64,000 nt of DNA, taken from a bacterium. Lineage in GTDB: Bacteria; Spirochaetota; Spirochaetia; Treponematales; Treponemataceae. This document shows positions 30,475 through 40,506 of the stretch, piece by piece. Each line of letters starts with the position of its first letter. The first letter of the stretch is position 1. The translations under genes were made by a program, and so were the position numbers. Below the pieces are notes generated by a model. The model was not told where the DNA came from. It did no database searches and worked only from the letters and a program-made list of their open reading frames with translations. The stretch spans positions 2,749 to 66,748 of the forward strand of contig CAVJCY010000005.1 of the NCBI GenBank assembly GCA_963648145.1. The letters are read 5' to 3'.

Positions 30475-31374
30475 CTAATTTTTAGAAACAGTCTTGATTG
30501 ACCCCATTTTTATGCGTTTTTCGCGGGTGTCTTCAAGTTTTAACTTTAAAGCTTCAGTATTTTCGGTTTGTATCAGATTTTTAAAATCATCCATTTGTTT
30601 TTCAAAATTATTAATGTGCTGAACCAGTTTTTCTTTGTTACTGATAAAAAGCTCTGTCCACAAAGGAGCATTTATCATTGCAATTCTAGTTAAATCTTCA
30701 AAACTTCCGCCACCAAACGCCGTAATTTGTTCATCTTCGGCAGATTCAACAAGTGCACTGGCAATTACGTGGCACAATTGCGAGGTAAATCCAATTTTAT
30801 AGTCGTGAGTGTCGCAATCCGTTTCTGTAATTCGTGTAAATCCCATTTCTGTAATCAGGGATTTTATGATTTCAAGATTTTCAGGTTTATTAAAAGGTTG
30901 TGGCAACAAAATATAATTATGATTTATAAAAAATTTTGCAGAAGAATTCACATATCCTTCTTTTTCTCCCCCTGCCATCGGATGGCCAATTATAAAATCT
31001 GTGTCAGGACGCAAAAGATTGGGAAGTGTATTTTTTAAAATTCCTTTTACTCCGCTGATATCCGTAACAATGGCACCACTTTTAAAAAATAGTCGGTTTG
31101 TGCGCAAAAAATCAAGTGTCGCATGCGGATAAAGACAGATTATAAGAAAATCACATTCAGGAAGCATTTTGCACACTTCGTTAGCGTTGAATCCTTTGTC
31201 AATTACACCTTCGTTTAAGGCTTGCTGTAAACTTGCAGAAGTGTTGTCGCATGCAAGAATCCTGCCGGCCGCATTTGCCTGGCACAAAATATTATCTCTG
31301 ATGGATTTTGCAAAGGAACCGCCCATAATTCCAAGTCCGACGATTCCGTATATCATGTCCTTTAATTTTTTCAT
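30475..31374 (-). CDS. tyrA: Prephenate dehydrogenase
   Basis: GLGIMGGS, DISGVK, HPMAGGE, HD..SQLCH and DLTRIA motifs. Confidence 0.92.
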   Translation of the reverse strand: MKKLKDMIYGIVGLGIMGGSFAKSIRDNILCQANAAGRILACDNTSASLQQALNEGVIDKGFNANEVCKMLPECDFLIICLYPHATLDFLRTNRLFFKSGAIVTDISGVKGILKNTLPNLLRPDTDFIIGHPMAGGEKEGYVNSSAKFFINHNYILLPQPFNKPENLEIIKSLITEMGFTRITETDCDTHDYKIGFTSQLCHVIASALVESAEDEQITAFGGGSFEDLTRIAMINAPLWTELFISNKEKLVQHINNFEKQMDDFKNLIQTENTEALKLKLEDTREKRIKMGSIKTVSKN

Positions 31375-32132
31375 TATCTTCTGTTTCTCTGCGAACGGTT
31401 TGAACGGCTTAAAACAATCAGTAAAAGTCTGAGTAAACTCAAAACGCTTGATAATGCACTGGCAACGTAAGTTAAGGCTGCCGCATTTAAAACTTTTCTG
31501 GTAGATTTGATTTCTTCTTCATCAAAAACGCCGGTTTTTTTAAGAATCACAAGTGCTCTGTGCGATGCATTAAATTCTACAGGGAGTGTTACAATGTAAA
31601 AAAGAACCGAGGCAGCGTATAAAATCAATCCAATGTAGGCAATCAACTGAAAAAGACTTGTGTAAGAATCTGATTGAATACCGGCAGAAAATGCTACGCT
31701 ACCGATTGCAAGAAGCGGCCCCATTTTTGACCCAAAGTTCGCAACTGGAACAAGTGCGCGTCTTATTATGAGTGGCGGATACTTTTTTCTATGCTGAATC
31801 GCGTGTCCTGTTTCGTGGGCGGCAACTCCAATTGCGGCAATTGATGTACTTTGGAAGGTTGAATCACTTAAACTTAACACTCTTGTAAGTGGATTGTAAT
31901 TATCCGTAAGACTTCCGCCGATGTGTGCAATTTTTACGTCTTCAATTCCATTTTTTTTAAGCAGAAACTGGGCGGCTGCGGCACCAGAAATGCCTTTTCT
32001 TGACGGAACTTTGCTGTACTTTGCAAAACGGCTTTTTACCATCATCTGAGCAATTACACCAAGTAAAATTGCCGGCAAAATAAAAATGATGTAAGTGATG
32101 TCTATTGGAAAAATATTTGAACCAAAATACAT
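31374..32132 (-). CDS. Membrane zinc metallopeptidase (YugP-like)
   Basis: AAHETGHAIQH, TLPVEFNAS and AAALTYVA motifs. Confidence 0.92.
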   Translation of the reverse strand: MYFGSNIFPIDITYIIFILPAILLGVIAQMMVKSRFAKYSKVPSRKGISGAAAAQFLLKKNGIEDVKIAHIGGSLTDNYNPLTRVLSLSDSTFQSTSIAAIGVAAHETGHAIQHRKKYPPLIIRRALVPVANFGSKMGPLLAIGSVAFSAGIQSDSYTSLFQLIAYIGLILYAASVLFYIVTLPVEFNASHRALVILKKTGVFDEEEIKSTRKVLNAAALTYVASALSSVLSLLRLLLIVLSRSNRSQRNRR

Positions 32133-32156
32133 AATTTACCTCTCGCTAATTTTTAT

Positions 32157-32250
32157 GGCTCTCTCTAAAAATCATTTACAATGCTTTATTTAGAGAGAGT
32201 TTCGAGTTTTCTTTCGTTACATCTAAAAATTGCAATTTTTAGATGTTCCC
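32157..32250. mobile_element. MITE, internally deleted long form
   Basis: Two terminal hairpins. TTAT/TTAT duplication. Abuts the tsaD stop. Confidence 0.85.
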
Positions 32251-33285
32251 TTATTTTTTTTCTAAATCAAAATTTTTTAATCCACGTTTAAACTGAGGAA
32301 CACGGGCATAAGTAATTTCGTCCCAATCTGTGCGGTCGCCGCGTTTTAAAAAGTGATAGGCTACACCGGCAATCATGGCTCCATTGTCTCCGCAGAGTTT
32401 TAACGGCGGAAAGATGCATTTTAAATCTGTGCGTTCTGCAAGAATCGACCGTAATCTTGAATTTGCCGCAACTCCTCCCCCTGCAACAACAGTTTTTAGA
32501 CCAGTATCTTCAACGGCGCGGAAAAGTCGGCTCGTGAGAGTTTTGCAGGCTGTTTCCTGAAATGCGGCGCACATATTTTCCGTAGAATGTTCATAACCTT
32601 CGTTCCAGAACATATCGCACTGATGAATTACGGCAGTCTTTAGTCCGCTGAATGACATATCGTAGCGATGTTCTTCTCCGTCAAGGTGCGGAACCGGAAA
32701 AGTTGCAGATTTTGCTTCGCCTTTTTTGGCAAGATTATCAATAATCACTCCTCCAGGATAGCCAAGTCCGTAAAATTTACTTACTTTATCAAAAGCTTCA
32801 CCAACCGAATCATCAACGGTGGTTCCTAAAACTTCAAGATTATCAAAATTATTAACTTTACAGATAATAGAATGTCCACCGCTTACTAAAAGTCCCAGGT
32901 AAGGATAGGGAATATCATTTACAAGATGAGCCGCATAAAGATGACCCAGCATATGATTTACGCCCAAAAACGGTTTTTTGCATGCCCACGCAAGAGTTTT
33001 TCCAAAAGTAAAACCTACCATCAAAGACCCCATAAGTCCGGGGCGGTTTGTTGCAGCAATTGCATCCACATCATCAAGATTTAAATTTGCTTCTTTCAGA
33101 GCCTGTTTTACTACCGGTAAAATCCATTCAGCGTGTTTACGACTTGCAATTTCTGGTACAACGCCTTTATAAATCTGATGAAAAGGAATTTGAGTTGCCA
33201 CAACATTACTCAAAATTGTTTTTCCGTCTTCTACAACGGCACAGGCTGTTTCGTCACAAGATGATTCAATTCCTAAAACTTTCAT
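32251..33285 (-). CDS. tsaD: tRNA t6A transferase subunit
   Basis: GIESSCDET, VVPEIASRKH, HMLGH, VSGGH and DNGAMIA motifs. Confidence 0.97.
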   Translation of the reverse strand: MKVLGIESSCDETACAVVEDGKTILSNVVATQIPFHQIYKGVVPEIASRKHAEWILPVVKQALKEANLNLDDVDAIAATNRPGLMGSLMVGFTFGKTLAWACKKPFLGVNHMLGHLYAAHLVNDIPYPYLGLLVSGGHSIICKVNNFDNLEVLGTTVDDSVGEAFDKVSKFYGLGYPGGVIIDNLAKKGEAKSATFPVPHLDGEEHRYDMSFSGLKTAVIHQCDMFWNEGYEHSTENMCAAFQETACKTLTSRLFRAVEDTGLKTVVAGGGVAANSRLRSILAERTDLKCIFPPLKLCGDNGAMIAGVAYHFLKRGDRTDWDEITYARVPQFKRGLKNFDLEKK

Positions 33286-33286
33286 A

Positions 33287-34534
33287 TTAAAATTTTCTTC
33301 CTTTGCATTTGCTTACAGTGGTAAAAGTATAGCCCTTTGATTTTAATTCCGGATAAACTTCATTCAGAAATTCCGGCAGAAAATTTGCAGACCATATATG
33401 TCCAATCATTATAACAACACCATTTTTATTGGCAATATCAAGATTTTTTCTGAGTTCCTTAAGTGCATTCTCCTTTGTTTTTTCATTATCCAGGAAATTT
33501 CCGTTCCGTTCATAATAAGAATATCCAAGTTCATGACACACATAAGGAACCTGAGTGTTAACGTTTGTTCTAGAATCAAGAAAATAAATGCCTTGAGATT
33601 CCGCAACTTTTAAGATAATTTCCATTTTTTCGGCATCTGCGGTAATTGCAGAACCTTCGTGATTGTTAAGACCTGCAATTGGGGCAAGTTCGTTAATATT
33701 GTAAAAAAGCGTATTTTTTATTTCATCTTCCGACATTTCCGGCTTTATTGCGCCAGGACCTGGATTCACGCTTGAATTTATAGCCTGCATAGGCTGATGA
33801 AGCATCAATTCCTTACCGGCGGCTCTGACTGCTTTTGCTGATTCCGCAGAATGTGCAAGGCGAGGCAGAACTGCAACCGTTATCGGAAACGGAAGTTCCA
33901 GAAATTTTTGCAGTTGATTAAGATTTTGTCCGCCGTCGTCAAATAAAAATACAAGTTGCGCGTCATTCACCGCTGACGGGAAATTATACGACGCAGATTT
34001 TTCAGAATTTTCTGATTTTTGATTTTCTTTTACAGCAGGCGTTGTTTTTTTACTTTCAGTTGAATTTTCAGTTTTTTGAACTTGATTTTGTGATTTTTTT
34101 TCTGTCACAGCATCAAGTTTTTGTACTTTTTTTGAATTTTCCGTAGTTGTTTTTGAATTATTTTTTGTTTCCGGAGCAGTTTTTTGTTTTTCAAAATCCG
34201 ATTTTTGAGATTTTTTTACTTCGGCACTTACTGACTTTTCAGAATTATTTTTTTTACTTTCAGAACTTTTTTCAGATTTCTTTGGAGCCACATTTTTTTG
34301 AGGATTTTCCGTTTTGGAATTTTCAGTTTTTGAATCAGATTTTTGGACAAAACGTTCTGCAACGCTTGTATTTTCGCCCGGATTTTTGTTTTCAGGGATT
34401 TTAGCCGTCACAAAAAGCAAAATCATGCAGACTGCAATAATTGCCACACACAAAAAAATAATTTTAATTGCCGGAATATGGACTTTTCCTTTTTTCAGTT
34501 TATTTTTTTTAGATTTGTTAGACTTGCGAGGCAT
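33287..34534 (-). CDS. Divergent polysaccharide deacetylase family protein (YibQ-like)
   Basis: TM anchor, K/E/S-rich linker, FDDGG, LHQPM, NNHEGS, FLDSRT and IGH motifs. Confidence 0.9.
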   Translation of the reverse strand: MPRKSNKSKKNKLKKGKVHIPAIKIIFLCVAIIAVCMILLFVTAKIPENKNPGENTSVAERFVQKSDSKTENSKTENPQKNVAPKKSEKSSESKKNNSEKSVSAEVKKSQKSDFEKQKTAPETKNNSKTTTENSKKVQKLDAVTEKKSQNQVQKTENSTESKKTTPAVKENQKSENSEKSASYNFPSAVNDAQLVFLFDDGGQNLNQLQKFLELPFPITVAVLPRLAHSAESAKAVRAAGKELMLHQPMQAINSSVNPGPGAIKPEMSEDEIKNTLFYNINELAPIAGLNNHEGSAITADAEKMEIILKVAESQGIYFLDSRTNVNTQVPYVCHELGYSYYERNGNFLDNEKTKENALKELRKNLDIANKNGVVIMIGHIWSANFLPEFLNEVYPELKSKGYTFTTVSKCKGRKF

Positions 34535-34573
34535 GGTTTAATTTTATTCTTTTCTTACAGAGTTTTCAATTAA

Positions 34574-34592
34574 GGGCATCTCTAAAAAAAAT
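34574..34592. mobile_element. Isolated MITE end
   Basis: GGGCATCTCTAAAAAAAAA. Confidence 0.55.
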
Positions 34593-34658
34593 CTTCGCTT
34601 TTGACATCTTTCAATAAAAAATGTATTTTTGAAGAAACTAAAAATAAAGGTGTAAAAT

Positions 34659-35261
34659 ATGTACATTACTTGTCTTGATCTTGAAGGTGTTTTGGTTCCA
34701 GAAATTTGGATTGCTTTTGCCGATGCAGTGGGAATTCCAGATTTACGCCGTACAACTCGTGATGAACCTGATTACGATAAATTGATGAAATTCAGACTTG
34801 AAATTTTAAAAGAACATGGACTTGGCTTAAAAGAAATTCAGGATACAATCAGAAAAATTGATCCACTGCCGGGTGCAAAAGAATTTCTTGATGAATTGCG
34901 TTCATTCTGCCAGACAATTATTATCAGCGATACATTCAGTCAGTTTGCCGCTCCTTTGATGGAAAAACTCGGTCAGCCGACAATCTTCTGCAATACTCTT
35001 GAAGTTGCAGAAAATGGCGAAATCACAGGCTTTAAAATGCGCTGTGAAAAAAGCAAACTCACGACTGTAAAGGCTCTTCAATCAATCGGCTTTGAAACTA
35101 TTGCTTCCGGCGACAGTTTTAATGATCTTGGAATGATTCAGGCTTCAAAGGCAGGTTTTTTATTCCGTTCTACAGAAAAAATCATCAAAGATTATCCGCA
35201 ATTCCCTGCATTTACAGAATATGATGAACTTTTGAGTGCAATCAAAAAAATTGTGCTATAA
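34659..35261 (+). CDS. thrH: Phosphoserine phosphatase / homoserine phosphotransferase
   Basis: CLDLEGVLVPEIW, TTRDEPDYD and GDSFND motifs. Confidence 0.95.
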   Translation: MYITCLDLEGVLVPEIWIAFADAVGIPDLRRTTRDEPDYDKLMKFRLEILKEHGLGLKEIQDTIRKIDPLPGAKEFLDELRSFCQTIIISDTFSQFAAPLMEKLGQPTIFCNTLEVAENGEITGFKMRCEKSKLTTVKALQSIGFETIASGDSFNDLGMIQASKAGFLFRSTEKIIKDYPQFPAFTEYDELLSAIKKIVL

Positions 35262-35264
35262 TCA

Positions 35265-35309
35265 GGGCATCTCTAAAAAATCATTTCCAATGCTTTTTTA
35301 GAAATGTCC
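35265..35309. mobile_element. MITE, single-hairpin form
   Basis: GGGCATCTCTAAAAAATCATTTCCAATGCTTTTTTAGAAATGTCC. Confidence 0.75.
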
Positions 35310-35395
35310 ATAATAAAAAAGTAAATATGTGTGTAACTAAAGAGTATTAGAACTTTTTTTACACGAAAGATTTTTTTTATAAGAGAGGTGAATTT

Positions 35396-36034
35396 ATGAA
35401 AAAATTGATTGCTGTTATGGCTACGACCGTTATATGTGCAAGTTCAACTTTCGCTCTTGGTCTTGGATTTGGTGCCCGTGGATTTTTGGGATCTGAATTA
35501 ACTTCTTCGACTATTGCAGAAGTCGGAACCGAATTAAAGAGTTTTAATCTTGATAAAACTTTTAATTACGGTTTTGGTGCTTATGCAGATTTGTCATTGC
35601 TTGGTGGACTTGGAATTCAGGCAGAAGCAAATCTTACCTATGGTACAGTAAAGCTTTCTGATACAGCCAGCGCTACTAGTTATGAAGCATGGAATATTGA
35701 TGTTCCTTTAATGCTTTGGTTGAATCAGGATATTGGAAAATTTGCGGTGGGACTTGGTGCCGGTCCGAATTTTGCAATCAGCATTCCAACTTCAGGATAC
35801 AAAGAAGCAATGGCTGCTGCCGCTCAGGATTTTAAAAACAAACAGTTCAATATTGGTGTTGCAGTAGGACTTGACGTTAAATTCTATCCTACAGACCATT
35901 TTGGTATTGTTCTTGGCGGTCGTTACATCACAGATTTTACAACAACAAATGCAAGCAGCACAGTACGGAAAGATGTTGAATTTACACGAAAATCTCTGTA
36001 CGCAAACGTCGGCGCAGAAATAAAATTGTTCTAA
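35396..36034 (+). CDS. Small outer-membrane beta-barrel protein
   Basis: Signal peptide, about 8 amphipathic strands, GAGP motif and C-terminal F. Confidence 0.75.
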   Translation: MKKLIAVMATTVICASSTFALGLGFGARGFLGSELTSSTIAEVGTELKSFNLDKTFNYGFGAYADLSLLGGLGIQAEANLTYGTVKLSDTASATSYEAWNIDVPLMLWLNQDIGKFAVGLGAGPNFAISIPTSGYKEAMAAAAQDFKNKQFNIGVAVGLDVKFYPTDHFGIVLGGRYITDFTTTNASSTVRKDVEFTRKSLYANVGAEIKLF

Positions 36035-36058
36035 TTCGTACGCAATTATTTTAGCAGG

Positions 36059-36095
36059 AAAGGGCAGACTGAAATATTCGGTCTGCCTTTTTTTT
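36059..36095. terminator. Bidirectional terminator
   Basis: AAAGGGCAGACTGAA-A-T-A-TTCGGTCTGCCTTTT between convergent genes. Confidence 0.8.
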
Positions 36096-36142
36096 GTGCC
36101 TGATAGCGTGCATTGCCGGTGTTCACGCTTGATTTTCGTTGT

Positions 36143-38011
36143 CTAAAACTTCACTTTACATCCGAGTGTTAAACTTATTCCCGGCATAGGATAATCTTCA
36201 ACGGTTTCATAATCCCAGTTCAAAACATTATCTATCTTCAAATAAGGTTTTACTTTCTGCCATTTTGTACATTCTGCGCTCAAATTCAGCAAAACGTAAG
36301 GCTCAAGATAATACAAATTCTTATTTGAAGTGTAGCGTCTGCCAGTGTAATTTACGTTTGTCGTCAAAACCGCATATTTTAAGTTAAAAACCGCTGTCAA
36401 ACTGGCTGTCAAATCCGGTGTCCACATAATTTTTTTGCCGTAAGTCAGATTATTATTTTCGTTCAAAAGTCTTGTAAAAAGATATTCCGCACTGCCAGCC
36501 AAAATTATTTTTTCATCCAAAAAAGATTTTTTGAAATTCAAATCCGCACCAAAATAAAACGCCGACGAAACATTCTGAGGAGTCCATTTTCCACTGTCAT
36601 CCGGTGCCCACTGAATTTTACTTTCATAATAATTTGTAAAAAGAGTAAAGCTGAACGGAAAGTATTTATTTTCTGTCATAAAAGTAATTTCTCCGCCAAT
36701 TCCTTTTTCAGGCTTCAAATCAGGATTCCCAGAATAAGAATTGCCCTCCCAGTATAAATCGTCCATATTCGGAAATTGAACCATTCTATATGTGTTTATC
36801 AAAATACAAAAATCAAAAAATTTTGCACTAAAACCAATTTTTGGCGTAAAAGCAAAATTTGAACCGCAAATTTTAATTCCAATCGGAATACTCAAGGCAA
36901 AATGGCGGTTAAATTCAATTTTTGAAGTTTCGTTCAATGCAAAACTAAACTGATTGTGTTTTCCATCATTACTAGAATCAAGATGAACAAAATCCACAGT
37001 CAAACCGGCAGTTTCAGTAAATTTCACAGTTTTTCCGATTTCAAAAAAATCAGTTCTAAGACAGTATTTTAAAGTGTCAATAAAGTGCTGACTATTTTCT
37101 CCAATTGAATCATAAAAACGCACATCTTTTAGCCACGCAAAAGAATTTTCCATCTTAAAAAGATTAAAACAGTTCGGAATTTCAAAATTCAAAATCAGTT
37201 TATTGTTAAAATCCTTTTGCTTTCCCGTAACAGTTTCAGTTTCTTTTCCAGGAGTATTTTTATTTCCGGCATAAAATAAATCAGAAGCGGTGAAAGAATT
37301 TCCGTTTTTAAAATAATGTGAAATTTTTAAATCCGCGTTGCCGTCAATAACTTCGCTGTTTTTTTGCGCCACAACGTTTCCTTTGTCATTTTTGTAAAGA
37401 AAATGATTTTGAGCAAAACTTCCTTTAAGTCCGCCCTGCAAAAAAGTATTTTCGCCGGTTTTTACATTCCAGCCAAGATTTTGAAAAAAACTGTCCACTG
37501 GAACATTTTTATAAAAGTAAGTTTTTATTGCAGAATCACTGAAAAATTCATTTTTTTTGTGCGTTTTTTTAGTCGTAATGTAAACCACGCCGCCAACCGC
37601 ACCTTCATCCGTCACATTTTCGCTGAATCCGCCCTTAATAATTTCAATTTTTTCAATATCTTCTATATTTAGGCTCGTAAAATCAAAAGTTCCGTACTGG
37701 GCATTGTTCACGCATATTCCGTCAAGAACAACGCGCACTGTTTCGTCCGTAAATCCTCGCAGCGAAGGATTTTTCTGCAAACCGTAAGCACCGTACTCCA
37801 GAATCTGAATTCCCTGGGCAGTTAAAAGCGACGCCACATCATTTACATGCAGACTTTCAATATCTTCTTTATAAAGTGTAATTTTATTTTCAGTTACAAC
37901 GGGGTCAAGAAAAACCGTAATTTCCGGCAAAAGGATTAAATCTTCGCTATAAAGTCTGAAGAGACAAAGGAATATAAAAAGAAAATTTATAAAAACTTTT
38001 TTTCTAAGCAT
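36143..38011 (-). CDS. TonB-dependent receptor, probably BtuB-like
   Basis: Plug motifs SLRGF..VLDG and IEKIEIIKGG..GAVGGVVYITTK. GNPDLKPE, DNVLN and C-terminal F. Lies downstream of a cobalamin riboswitch. Confidence 0.85.
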   Translation of the reverse strand: MLRKKVFINFLFIFLCLFRLYSEDLILLPEITVFLDPVVTENKITLYKEDIESLHVNDVASLLTAQGIQILEYGAYGLQKNPSLRGFTDETVRVVLDGICVNNAQYGTFDFTSLNIEDIEKIEIIKGGFSENVTDEGAVGGVVYITTKKTHKKNEFFSDSAIKTYFYKNVPVDSFFQNLGWNVKTGENTFLQGGLKGSFAQNHFLYKNDKGNVVAQKNSEVIDGNADLKISHYFKNGNSFTASDLFYAGNKNTPGKETETVTGKQKDFNNKLILNFEIPNCFNLFKMENSFAWLKDVRFYDSIGENSQHFIDTLKYCLRTDFFEIGKTVKFTETAGLTVDFVHLDSSNDGKHNQFSFALNETSKIEFNRHFALSIPIGIKICGSNFAFTPKIGFSAKFFDFCILINTYRMVQFPNMDDLYWEGNSYSGNPDLKPEKGIGGEITFMTENKYFPFSFTLFTNYYESKIQWAPDDSGKWTPQNVSSAFYFGADLNFKKSFLDEKIILAGSAEYLFTRLLNENNNLTYGKKIMWTPDLTASLTAVFNLKYAVLTTNVNYTGRRYTSNKNLYYLEPYVLLNLSAECTKWQKVKPYLKIDNVLNWDYETVEDYPMPGISLTLGCKVKF

Positions 38012-38027
38012 AATTTTTATTTTTTTA

Positions 38028-38157
38028 GGGCATCTAAAGTCCCACCGGCCTTGCGCAGTTCGCTACCGCTCAAAATCCTCGGTGTGCAAATGGCACACCT
38101 GCGGGTTTCAGGAAAGTTTGTTCAAACAAACCTTCCTGCTGCTCCACGCCGGGCCCG
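38028..38157. repeat. Multibranch structured repeat, copy C
   Basis: GCAGTTCGCTACCGCTCAAA...GGTGTG-CAAATGG-CACACC...GTTTG-TTCAAA-CAAAC...CTGCTCCA. Confidence 0.85.
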
Positions 38158-38197
38158 TAATTTTTCGTAAAAAATTAAATCCAAAAACCTCAGGAGT

Positions 38198-38680
38198 TTA
38201 TTGTTTTACACATTCAGAATACCAGGTAAAATATCCATTATCTACAGTAAATTCTGTTTTTGCTTCCTCAAGACTTTTTGTAGAAGTTCTACCGCCATCT
38301 TTATAAGCTCCAGAAATTTTTACACTGTTTGAAGTTAAATCCTTAAAACTAACTGCGTACCATTTTCCTACATCAGGTGCATTTTCAGAATAAGTCCAGT
38401 CTCCACTTTCAGATGTCATATAAGCTTTTGTGTATATAAAATAGAGGTAACCAGCGGTGCAAGAATCATCTGTATAATTTATTTCAAGGTTTTTACCCTC
38501 GTAATAAAGGTTAGAAAATGTTTTTTCTTCTGTGTCGACTATGTAAGTTTCATACTCTGTAACCCATGTTCCGTTGATGGTTCCTGTATCAGCATTTTGC
38601 TGACATCCTGTAAAGAATAATGATGTTACAAAAGCCAATGTTAAAATCAGCTTTGCCCAAAAAAACTTTGAGTTTTTCAT
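38198..38680 (-). CDS. Lipoprotein of unknown function under cobalamin riboswitch control
   Basis: Lipobox FTGC, GTW motif, aromatic-rich beta content. SD GGAG. Confidence 0.8.
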   Translation of the reverse strand: MKNSKFFWAKLILTLAFVTSLFFTGCQQNADTGTINGTWVTEYETYIVDTEEKTFSNLYYEGKNLEINYTDDSCTAGYLYFIYTKAYMTSESGDWTYSENAPDVGKWYAVSFKDLTSNSVKISGAYKDGGRTSTKSLEEAKTEFTVDNGYFTWYSECVKQ

Positions 38681-38760
38681 AATGTTCTCCAGAAGCCGGT
38701 TCTGCGCAGCTTCTAAAATAAAAGTTTGCCTTCCATACGGAAAAGCAGGACAAAATGTCC

Positions 38761-38915
38761 GCAGTTACCAGAGTTTCCTGACTTTCTGTGCGGATTATGT
38801 CTTCCCAGTTTCCCAGTGACATTTTTATAATCCGTTTTTTTTTAGAGATGCCCTATACAGACTACAGTTGCGCATCCAGTTCAGGCTTTAGACCTGATTC
38901 CACTGAAATAACTGC
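38761..38915 (-). promoter_or_regulatory. Cobalamin riboswitch
   Basis: Minus strand: GGAATCAGGT..AAAGCCTGAACTG..GCAACTGTA..GTCACTGGGAAACTGGGAAGAC..AAGTCAGGAAAC. Closing GCAGTTA/TAACTGC. Confidence 0.9.
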
Positions 38916-38985
38916 TTTTGAGTATAACAGATTTTAAATAAAAATAATTGTAACAGTTCACTTAAATCATAGTTATATTTATAAA

Positions 38986-39021
38986 GTGTACCTCTAAAAA
39001 TTGCAATTTTTAGAGATACCC
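38986..39021. mobile_element. MITE, 36-bp minimal form
   Basis: Palindrome with TAAA/TAAA duplication in the htrA upstream region. Confidence 0.88.
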
Positions 39022-39078
39022 TAAATAAAGGGGCAGAAAAGAACTCCTTAAGATTGTAATTTTATAAGAGGTGATAAT

Positions 39079-40506
39079 ATGATGAAATTCAGAAAAATTA
39101 TGGCAGTTTCGCTGTCATTACTGATGACAGCCGGTCTTTTTGCGGATCCTCCTGCTGCAAAAAAATCAAATTCGGATCTTGCAATTGTAGAAGCATTCCA
39201 AAATACATTTCGCTCAGTTTCGGATTCAATGCTTCAGGCAGTTGTTGAAGTTGACGTTACGGAAAAGAAGACCTATCAGGATCCTTTTGAAAATTTTGGC
39301 TGGCCTTTTGGTGATTTTTTTGGAAACAATAACAGAAGTAGAACTCCAAAAGAATATGAATCAAAAGGACTTGGTTCAGGTGTAATTGTGCGCCACACAG
39401 GAAATACTTTTTATGTTTTGACAAACAATCACGTGGCCGGCACGGCAACAACAATCACAGTAAAATTAAACGATAAACGTGAATTTGATGCCAAACTCGT
39501 TGGTTCTGACGAAAGAATGGATATTGCACTACTTTCTTTTGAATCTAATGACAAGACAATTCCTGTTGCAGAATTGGGCGATTCGGACGCCGTTCAGCCG
39601 GGAGATATTTGTCTGGCATTTGGTGCACCGCTTGGCTTTAGTCAGTCTGTAACTCAGGGTATAGTTTCTGCAGTTGGAAGAAATCAAAGTCAGATGTCTT
39701 CTATCAGCGATTATATTCAGACAGACGCTGCAATCAATCAGGGAAATTCTGGTGGTCCGCTTGTAAATATCTACGGTCAGGTTATCGGAATTAACACTTG
39801 GATTGCTTCTCAGTCTGGTGGTTCTGTAGGTTTGGGCTTTGCAATTCCTATCAATAATGTAAAAAGCGCAATAGATTCTTTCATTAAAAACGGAAAAATC
39901 GCATACGGTTGGCTTGGAGTTTCTTTACTTGATTCTACTGCAGAATATAAAAAGGAACTTGGCGTAGAAAATATCAACGGTGCCTTTGTTGCAGAAGTTT
40001 TCCAGGGTTCACCGGCATATAAAGCTGGAATCAAGGCCGGCGACTATATCATCAAGATGAACGGAAAAGATGTAAAATCTGTAAATCAGCTTGTACGCGA
40101 TGTAGGAAACATTGCCGCAGGAACAACCGCAAAGTTCAATGTAATCCGTGGTGGTAAAACCCTGCCGGAAATTTCTGTAAAGATTGATGAACGCAAAGAT
40201 GATGTTGAAAAGTCAAACAATAAACTCTGGCCGGGCTTTATTGCTTCTCCGTTGAATGACGAAGTGCGCAAAGAACTCAATATTGATGACAAGAGAGTAA
40301 AGGGAGTTGTTGTTTCTAATGTTCAGGAAAGATCTCCTGCCGCAAGTTTAAGACTTCAGAATGGCGATGTAATTACCGCAGTAAACGGTAAAAAAGTTTC
40401 TAACCTTGCAGAATTCTATAGTGAACTTGCAAATGCTACAAAATCTGTAAATTTTGATGTTTACACAAACGGTAATACAATTGTTACAGGAACATACAGA
40501 TTTTAG
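39079..40506 (+). CDS. htrA: HtrA/DegP serine protease with two PDZ domains
   Basis: GSGVI, TNNHV and QTDAAINQGNSGGPL motifs, plus two PDZ domains. Confidence 0.95.
   Translation: MMKFRKIMAVSLSLLMTAGLFADPPAAKKSNSDLAIVEAFQNTFRSVSDSMLQAVVEVDVTEKKTYQDPFENFGWPFGDFFGNNNRSRTPKEYESKGLGSGVIVRHTGNTFYVLTNNHVAGTATTITVKLNDKREFDAKLVGSDERMDIALLSFESNDKTIPVAELGDSDAVQPGDICLAFGAPLGFSQSVTQGIVSAVGRNQSQMSSISDYIQTDAAINQGNSGGPLVNIYGQVIGINTWIASQSGGSVGLGFAIPINNVKSAIDSFIKNGKIAYGWLGVSLLDSTAEYKKELGVENINGAFVAEVFQGSPAYKAGIKAGDYIIKMNGKDVKSVNQLVRDVGNIAAGTTAKFNVIRGGKTLPEISVKIDERKDDVEKSNNKLWPGFIASPLNDEVRKELNIDDKRVKGVVVSNVQERSPAASLRLQNGDVITAVNGKKVSNLAEFYSELANATKSVNFDVYTNGNTIVTGTYRF

Noticed and set aside
33990..34400. Repetitive KTENS-like stretch in the deacetylase gene
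   Set aside because: It is an ordinary low-complexity periplasmic linker with no regular DNA tandem repeat.
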